From Candidatus Enterousia sp. (GTDB taxonomy: Bacteria; Pseudomonadota; Alphaproteobacteria; Rs-D84): a stretch of DNA of 64,000 nucleotides. Below, piece by piece: positions 57,516-64,000 of this stretch (position 1 is the first letter of the stretch; the number at the start of each line of letters is the position of its first letter). The notes below the pieces were generated by a model that made no database searches, had not been told where the DNA came from, and worked only from the letters and a program-made list of their open reading frames with translations. Location of the stretch: the NCBI GenBank assembly GCA_045592905.1, contig JAZNVR010000024.1:1528-65527 (forward strand), given 5' to 3'. A program made the translations under genes and the position numbers.

Positions 57516-57893
57516 ATGGAATCAGATATACAGGATTTATTAGAATATCTTTTGTATTCAATAAAACATTCTTTTGTGCATTCAACTGTGTCACAAGGGT
57601 ATTCTTTGTATGCAATCGGTGACAGTATTGAAGAATGTGATTTTTTATTATCAACAAAATATTCACACACAGATAATTTTGATATATGGATTGAATACGA
57701 GATATACTTTAGCAAAATCCCAACTGTAAAAATCACATTACCACTAAACGCACCTATAAAAGACGATTTAGCGGTTGCTGTCTTGGATATTTTCAAAATG
57801 TGTTCTAACAAAGTTATTGCCCAAGAAAAATTGGCCCAAAAAAATATGTTCTTGCGTACATTCAAGGCACAAAATACTGAATTAGAATACTAG
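57516..57893 (+). CDS. Hypothetical small acidic protein (125 aa)
   Basis: Has an ATG start and a protein-like composition. The fully overlapping minus-strand ORF (57461-57865) has only a TTG start and no RBS. No RBS is seen for either, so the call is tentative. Confidence 0.4.
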   Translation: MESDIQDLLEYLLYSIKHSFVHSTVSQGYSLYAIGDSIEECDFLLSTKYSHTDNFDIWIEYEIYFSKIPTVKITLPLNAPIKDDLAVAVLDIFKMCSNKVIAQEKLAQKNMFLRTFKAQNTELEY

Positions 57894-58612
57894 ACTGTAC
57901 GTGCCACACGACAAAACGTTACCCCGTATACCGCAGATGCACCTGCACGCATTAATACACGACGCAATTCCGAAAAAGTCGCACCCGTCGTCATAACATC
58001 ATCAACCAACAATATCCTTTTGCCACGAATCGCTTCTGGATTTTTAACCGCAAAAACACCATGTATATTTTCTGCACGTTCACGTGCATTTTTATGCCCC
58101 ATATCAGGACGATGAATACGACTAACAGAATCTAAATCCAACGGTATATTCAACACCTGGGCAATCGGTCGTGCCAGTAATGTTGCCTGATTATAGCCAC
58201 GCTTAAACAAACGCTTATTCGCCAATGGCACCGGCATAACAATATCTGCATCAACATCAATATCACGCAACGCCCACATCATCGCACGTGACATAAAATT
58301 TGCATAATGTACACATCCTGCATGTTTGAACGGCAACATCGCAGAACGTGAAACATCATCATATACACACGCAGACCGTATCCAATCCAGTTCACAATTT
58401 CCAGACGCACATGTTGGACATAATGCAGTTGTACCAAAATCAAAATCTGAACTGAATGGATAGCCGCATTTAACACATTTTGGATTTGTAATCCAATTCA
58501 TATTCGCCCAACAATCAGCACACAATTCACCATGTATAGATACCGGTGTGTTACATAATGGACACACCGGCGGAAATAAACAATCAATCAAACGTGTAAA
58601 AATATTTACCAC
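57890..58612 (-). CDS. comF: ComF-family protein (phosphoribosyltransferase domain)
   Basis: N-terminal double CxxC zinc finger (CPLCN..CADCW..CVKCG..CPTC) and the PRTase motif ILLVDDVMTTGAT. GTG start overlapping the upstream gene's stop. Confidence 0.85.
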   Translation of the reverse strand: MVNIFTRLIDCLFPPVCPLCNTPVSIHGELCADCWANMNWITNPKCVKCGYPFSSDFDFGTTALCPTCASGNCELDWIRSACVYDDVSRSAMLPFKHAGCVHYANFMSRAMMWALRDIDVDADIVMPVPLANKRLFKRGYNQATLLARPIAQVLNIPLDLDSVSRIHRPDMGHKNARERAENIHGVFAVKNPEAIRGKRILLVDDVMTTGATFSELRRVLMRAGASAVYGVTFCRVARTV

Positions 58613-59886
58613 GACATACTTTTATATACTTTTTTACCAGTATTTTCACCAAATATATTCTTATGCTGCTGTGTCAGCGTATCATACTGATCACCAGAAA
58701 TTATACGCAGCACAAAACCAGATTCTTCACGATTTGACAAAACAGGAACAATTCGCTGTTTAGAAACACCATTATCCGTCAAAACCTGTTCAACAATCGC
58801 CAAGCGACGTGCAGCCAACTTTCTTTCATCATTATCCACCGTCATATACTGTGGAATTGCAATTTGAATTGCACGTGTCGGCTTGTTAACAACAATACCA
58901 GCATATTCTGTTAACAATTGATAATTTGCACGTGACAATGCAGAATCATCATTGCGAAATTTAATTTTGATTTCCAACGGTCTGATACCACCCGCTTCTG
59001 ACAAATCACGTTTTGCTGTAAACCCTTCTACTGCAGAAGACATATCACTGGCAACATCAAAACTGTCATCCATAGAGAATGTTGAAAGATGCTTGTTTTC
59101 TGACAAGAATGTTTTTCTGAACGCCTGACGCAATTCAGATGGCGTCATTTTTGACATATCGTCACGAACAGATGCGATTCGTGGCGAAAGATTCTTTTCA
59201 ACTTTGCGAACAACAACATCATCACTGTCATCCATTTCAACAACCATACGACGCAAAGAAACAGAATCTGTTGGGTCAGAATTAAACGCAACACGTTCTG
59301 AATCAGCATTATTTGATTGTACATGTGCAATTGGTGCACTAATTACACGTGGCGAAACAGTACGAACACTGTCTTCGGCACGCTTTTGTAAATCAACCAA
59401 ACGTGCAATCTGGTCATCAATATTTGATACAGATGTATCAATTAGTTCTGGACGTTCTTGAACAGTGCCAGTACGACTAACCGATGCATAGGTTTGGTCA
59501 ATTCTCTCCTCTGGTAACTGGGAATCTGTACGATATACAGAAAATTCATCAAGTTTCGGCATGCGTAATGCAGTATCATTTTTCGCCCATAAATCAGCAC
59601 TTGGCCGTTGTGGTACCAACACGTCATTCACAGCAGCCACATTCGCAACACGTGCGTTTTCAGATGATGAAACCGGTTTTGCCGCACTGCGTGCAACAAC
59701 CCTTTTTGTACGTGTTTGTGCAACCGGCTTAACAGGTTGTGCCACAACAACTTTTTCCCCCACTTCACCAAACGCATCACGTGCAGACACACCGCCAGAC
59801 GCAATATTTACAACCGGCAAACGTGCACTGCCCAATGCAGGCAATATAAAAAACATAGACAATACAGAGACTGTAATACGATGCAT
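58606..59886 (-). CDS. Secreted protein with an OmpA-like C-terminal domain (426 aa)
   Basis: Signal peptide MHRITVSVLSMFFILPALGSA, then a long acidic/Ser-rich region. The C-terminus (IKFRNDDSALS..LLTEYAGIV..ERKLAARRLAIVEQVLTDNGVSKQRI) resembles an OmpA/MotB peptidoglycan-binding fold. GGAAGGAAAGGAAA RBS. Confidence 0.6.
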   Translation of the reverse strand: MHRITVSVLSMFFILPALGSARLPVVNIASGGVSARDAFGEVGEKVVVAQPVKPVAQTRTKRVVARSAAKPVSSSENARVANVAAVNDVLVPQRPSADLWAKNDTALRMPKLDEFSVYRTDSQLPEERIDQTYASVSRTGTVQERPELIDTSVSNIDDQIARLVDLQKRAEDSVRTVSPRVISAPIAHVQSNNADSERVAFNSDPTDSVSLRRMVVEMDDSDDVVVRKVEKNLSPRIASVRDDMSKMTPSELRQAFRKTFLSENKHLSTFSMDDSFDVASDMSSAVEGFTAKRDLSEAGGIRPLEIKIKFRNDDSALSRANYQLLTEYAGIVVNKPTRAIQIAIPQYMTVDNDERKLAARRLAIVEQVLTDNGVSKQRIVPVLSNREESGFVLRIISGDQYDTLTQQHKNIFGENTGKKVYKSMSW

Positions 59887-59970
59887 TTTCCTTTCCTTCC
59901 GATTTCATCATAGAACAAATGACGAATCGCACGCAAGCAGAAAATACATCAACCAATAAAAAAACAAGTA

Positions 59971-61014
59971 TTATTTTGTAATTTCATCCACTATTAAATT
60001 AACCGCATTATTTGGAACCAATGCCTTTTGTGCCATTTTATTTAATCTGGATGGATTATCAAATAAATCATTTAACATCGCAGATAACCAGCGCACTGTA
60101 AATTTAGACTGTTCAATTGCAAAACCACCACCGGTTTTTGCAAAACTGGCCGCATTTGCAGCCTGATCCGGGTTTATTCCCAATGGGACCAATATCGCAG
60201 GACGACCAATTGTTTGCAGTTCAACAACTGTGCTGGCACCACTGCGACCAATTATTAAATCAGCACTGGTAATTGCATCTGACATATCATGAATAAAAGA
60301 CAACACATTTGCACGAACTTTATTTTCTGCATAAAAACGTTGTAATTTTTCAACATTTTCTGGTCGTGTTTGATGTGTAACAAAAATCTTTTTATTTTTC
60401 ATCGCTACAACAGATTGAGGAACAATTTCATCCAGAATTTGGGCCCCCAAAGAACCGCCTGTTACCAATAATTTCATATCCCCAGATAACGGTGTACCAG
60501 AACGTATCATAAAATCAGAACGTACAGGCAACCCAGTGTATACAACCTTGGTTGCAGAATTAGTTACACCAGAAACATTTGGAAAACTGGTCATTAATGT
60601 TTGCACCCAGCGCATTGTAAATTTATTTGCACGACCAATCGCAGCATTTTGTTCATGCAAAAAGGTCGGTATACGCCAAACATGTGCAGCAAATACCGCA
60701 GGGACAGATGCATATCCACCGAACGCAACAACTTTATCTGGACGTGACACTAAAAAACGCAACGTTAATGCAATTGCAGACAAACCGATTTTGAATAACG
60801 CATAAAATTGCTTAATACGACTTTTTGCACCAACACCAGATGCCCATATATGAACGACACGTGCCTTTTTTGGTTTATCACGCAAAACCATCTGACGCAC
60901 ACGTCCATCACACGAAATAATTACAGAATGAGAACGTGCGACTAATTCTGTTGCGACACTAAGTGCCGGAAAAACATGTCCACCTGTACCGCCTGTTGCA
61001 ATCCATATTTTCAT
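59971..61014 (-). CDS. murG: UDP-N-acetylglucosamine--N-acetylmuramyl-(pentapeptide) pyrophosphoryl-undecaprenol GlcNAc transferase
   Basis: ATGGTGGHVFPAL N-terminus. Start at the internal ATG (MKIWIATGG..). Confidence 0.93.
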   Translation of the reverse strand: MKIWIATGGTGGHVFPALSVATELVARSHSVIISCDGRVRQMVLRDKPKKARVVHIWASGVGAKSRIKQFYALFKIGLSAIALTLRFLVSRPDKVVAFGGYASVPAVFAAHVWRIPTFLHEQNAAIGRANKFTMRWVQTLMTSFPNVSGVTNSATKVVYTGLPVRSDFMIRSGTPLSGDMKLLVTGGSLGAQILDEIVPQSVVAMKNKKIFVTHQTRPENVEKLQRFYAENKVRANVLSFIHDMSDAITSADLIIGRSGASTVVELQTIGRPAILVPLGINPDQAANAASFAKTGGGFAIEQSKFTVRWLSAMLNDLFDNPSRLNKMAQKALVPNNAVNLIVDEITK

Positions 61015-61027
61015 CTTAAACCCTTTG

Positions 61028-62188
61028 TTATTTTCCCCATTTATCTTCACGAACCAACGCCATGACCATACCAAACAATAAACAATATCCGATAAACGAA
61101 CTGCCACCATATGAAACGAATGGCAACGTCATACCTTTTGGTGGAATCATACCCAACGTTGTTGCAAGATTTATACACGTTTGCATAATGAACAATAACC
61201 CTGCCCCAAAGACAGAATAAAATACAAATTTATCACGCACAGACACTGCTGTTTGTATCATATGCCGCCATATTAATACAAAAAACAATAATATTATACA
61301 CGCACCAACAGCACCCCAATCTTCTACCAGTGTTGCAAAAATAAAATCGGTATGTGCATCACCCAATGATTCTTTGGCAAAGGCTTCATCACCCATACCA
61401 AAAAAACCACCTTGACGTATTGTACGAACAGACAATCCAACCTGGCTGGTTGGGTCAAGTGGGGCAAAAAAATCTGAAAAACGACTAATAAAATGACTAA
61501 AATTCTGGGGGACCAATATAAAAAACAACCCGGCAGCACCAAAACAAGCACCCAATACAGGCAGTAAAATTTTATACGGTAATCCTGCAACAAAAAACAT
61601 TCCACCAATTACCACCAGGAACAATATCGTTGTACCAATATCTGGGTGCGATAACATAATCAGTAACATTATCGCAAATGGAATCAAAAATGTCCACCAA
61701 CTGAAACGACGCAATTGCCACGATTCACGATTAAGAAACATATTCGCACCATATAATTGCTTCATCTTAGATAAAAACCATGCAGTTAAAATTATCAATC
61801 CTGGTTTTATCAAATCAGATGGCATTAAACGTAAACCACCAAACACAGCCCATCTGTCAGAACCATGTATTGTATGTGGCATTACAAGTGTCCATAACAA
61901 TAATATTGCACAAACAAAAACATTTGCAGACGAAGTAATCAAAACCCATTTCTTGTTAAACATACTGGATGCAAACAACGCAGTAATACCCAAGAAATAA
62001 AAAGGTAACATTTTCTGTAAAAAATAATACCATTCCCAATCTTTACGATATGCCTGAATAGACCCAGCAGATATAACAGACAGAGCACCAATAAATATCA
62101 GCACAAATAAAAACGCCAACAACTTGCGATCAATGCCGTAATACCAACTGGCTAAAAAACTTTCTTCGCTACGTTTAACCCAAACCAT
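61028..62188 (-). CDS. ftsW: SEDS-family peptidoglycan glycosyltransferase FtsW
   Basis: 10-TM SEDS-type translation; located between mraY and murG. Confidence 0.9.
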   Translation of the reverse strand: MVWVKRSEESFLASWYYGIDRKLLAFLFVLIFIGALSVISAGSIQAYRKDWEWYYFLQKMLPFYFLGITALFASSMFNKKWVLITSSANVFVCAILLLWTLVMPHTIHGSDRWAVFGGLRLMPSDLIKPGLIILTAWFLSKMKQLYGANMFLNRESWQLRRFSWWTFLIPFAIMLLIMLSHPDIGTTILFLVVIGGMFFVAGLPYKILLPVLGACFGAAGLFFILVPQNFSHFISRFSDFFAPLDPTSQVGLSVRTIRQGGFFGMGDEAFAKESLGDAHTDFIFATLVEDWGAVGACIILLFFVLIWRHMIQTAVSVRDKFVFYSVFGAGLLFIMQTCINLATTLGMIPPKGMTLPFVSYGGSSFIGYCLLFGMVMALVREDKWGK

Positions 62189-62204
62189 ATCCGCCTGTCT
62201 TTAT

Positions 62205-63293
62205 TTATGCAAATTTCAAGAACACTAATGCCAAACCAGAAAACAATATTGACATCACAAAGAAACGTTCCACTATTTTTGTTTCTGGCCATTTTAATTC
62301 TTCAAAATGATGATGTAATGGTGCACGCAAGAATACACGACGACCTGTACCTGTAATTTTTCTTGTTATTTTGAAATACATCGTCTGAACAAAAGAAGAC
62401 AACAAAATCAAAACCATCATACCAGCAGCCAACCCCATTACCAGTTCTGCTTTTAACAGCATCGCAACAGTCCCCATAAATCCACCCAATGCCAACGACC
62501 CAACATCACCCATAAATATTGAAGCAGGCTTTGCATTATACCATAAAAAACCAAGAACCGCACCAAACGCAGATCCCAACACAGCATAAAGACCGCTGGC
62601 CATCGGCAAGAACATTACTGTATCCATAAATCCAATACGTGTCGCACCATACAACGCAACAACCAATACAATCAACACAGGCATAAATAATTTTGACAAC
62701 ATACCATCTAAACCATCTGTAATATTTGTTGCATTTGCACTGCCACAAATTACAAAGTACGCAAAAACATAATACAACAGTCCAAGTGGCAAAATAATAC
62801 CAGCACCAATTGACAATGAATATTCTGGAATATATGGTGGCATTGTTTTGTTAATTAAATATGCCAAGATAACAACAAAAACACCTTCTGCGACCAACCT
62901 TGTCATTGGCGACAGACCGTTTGATGCTTTTTTTGACTGTGATGATACTTTTTTATAATCATCAATAAAACCTAAAACACCAAACATAACCAGTGCAGCC
63001 AGTGCAATCCAACCCGTTGGGTTATATAGTGGCATAAACAATAAACTGCCACACAAGATTGATAAGACAATTAATATACCACCCATTGTTGGTGTACCTG
63101 CTTTCTTGCGATGAGCATCCGGAACATTTTCACTGATTGGCTGCCCTTTTTTCTGGACATTTCGCATAAATGCAATAAACGGACGACCAAACAACAACAT
63201 CATCATAAATGCTATAAAAAAGCCACCCGCAAATTGTGTCCAACCACTGGCGAAAAACGAGAAATTTTGATTAAAGAAATATTCCGTCAACAT
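62205..63293 (-). CDS. mraY: Phospho-N-acetylmuramoyl-pentapeptide transferase
   Basis: NATNITDGLDG and PLHHHFE motifs. Confidence 0.95.
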   Translation of the reverse strand: MLTEYFFNQNFSFFASGWTQFAGGFFIAFMMMLLFGRPFIAFMRNVQKKGQPISENVPDAHRKKAGTPTMGGILIVLSILCGSLLFMPLYNPTGWIALAALVMFGVLGFIDDYKKVSSQSKKASNGLSPMTRLVAEGVFVVILAYLINKTMPPYIPEYSLSIGAGIILPLGLLYYVFAYFVICGSANATNITDGLDGMLSKLFMPVLIVLVVALYGATRIGFMDTVMFLPMASGLYAVLGSAFGAVLGFLWYNAKPASIFMGDVGSLALGGFMGTVAMLLKAELVMGLAAGMMVLILLSSFVQTMYFKITRKITGTGRRVFLRAPLHHHFEELKWPETKIVERFFVMSILFSGLALVFLKFA

Positions 63294-63356
63294 ATAAAAT
63301 CCTTTCCTTGATACCGATATTTTATCACAAAAGACGAAATAAATAAACGTTAATAA

Positions 63357-64000
63357 TTAAAATATTCCACCAACAACCGCACTTCCTTCTGCCACTGATT
63401 TTTTTGGTGCAGGATTTGGTTTTTGACCAGGCTTGAAAACTTCTTGGATGATTGTGCCATTGGGATCAACAGATGCAGATGCACCACTGCGACGATTGAC
63501 ACGCATGAATGTCATTCCATCTGGCACTGCAAACGGTTGATTTTTTTCGTTCTGTAATGCAACACGCATAAAGTCAGCGAAAACACGTGCCGCCATATGC
63601 GAACCCGCCCCACGACCCAATGGTTTTGGGGTATCGTATCCTAAATAAACACCTGCAATTAAATTCTTGGAAAAGCCAACAAACCACACATCTTTGACTT
63701 CATTGGTTGTACCTGTTTTCCCGGCAATTGTATGTCCATATACACGTGCCTGTTTGCCTGTACCACGTTCAACAGCCCCTTGTAAAATAGACACCATCTG
63801 ATACAAACTATGTTCATCTGATAATGTCTGAGATGACACAGTTGTTTCTGGTGGCAATAAATCATCAGACCATTCCACCATTTCCACAGTTTCACCATCA
63901 ATAACACGCCCGTATCTGTCCTCTATATAATCAACCAGTTTTGGTTGTATTGCACGTCCACCATTAACAAATGCAGAATAACCCAACACTAATTTTTCCA
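63357..64000 (-). CDS. mrcA: Class A penicillin-binding protein (PBP1A-like), C-terminal part; 5' end outside window
   Basis: KTGTTN motif and a transpeptidase C-terminal region. The frame stays open to base 64000. Confidence 0.85.
   Translation of the reverse strand, partial: EKLVLGYSAFVNGGRAIQPKLVDYIEDRYGRVIDGETVEMVEWSDDLLPPETTVSSQTLSDEHSLYQMVSILQGAVERGTGKQARVYGHTIAGKTGTTNEVKDVWFVGFSKNLIAGVYLGYDTPKPLGRGAGSHMAARVFADFMRVALQNEKNQPFAVPDGMTFMRVNRRSGASASVDPNGTIIQEVFKPGQKPNPAPKKSVAEGSAVVGGIF

Overview
Low-GC chromosomal segment that looks like a host-associated alphaproteobacterium. This is an inference from a GapR/DUF2312 gene, SPOR-tagged envelope proteins, gene order and A/T-rich codon use. 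Most of the window is housekeeping: rpmF-plsX, the rplKAJL-rpoBC block with tRNA-Trp-secE-nusG, ligA, pyk, pyrG, def-fmt-truA, yidC-lspA, rsmA-recR, gyrA, rpmH and a shortened dcw segment (mraY-ftsW-murG). Reading the sequence directly recovered three small genes missing from the ORF track (rpmF, secE, rpmH) and a 49-aa Cys-rich ORF. It also recovered three tRNAs (Trp-CCA, Gln-UUG, Glu-CUC). Accessory content: (i) an isolated virB8-virB9-virB10 type IV secretion core operon (16.4-21.2 kb), divergent from tRNA-Trp, with a SPOR domain fused to VirB9, a heavily decorated VirB10, and no ATPase, pilin or coupling-protein genes nearby; (ii) a MarR / outer-membrane factor / mini-adaptor / RND efflux operon; (iii) an A/T-rich ORFan cluster (49.6-53.8 kb) around tRNA-Glu, including an HExxH protein and two paralogous membrane-anchored coiled-coil proteins; (iv) scattered ORFans and Cys-rich secreted or small proteins. 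Two of the three tRNA genes are followed by duplicated copies of their own 3' ends. No CRISPR array, rRNA, transposase or integrase gene was seen. All functional calls come from reading translations and motifs; no database search was possible.
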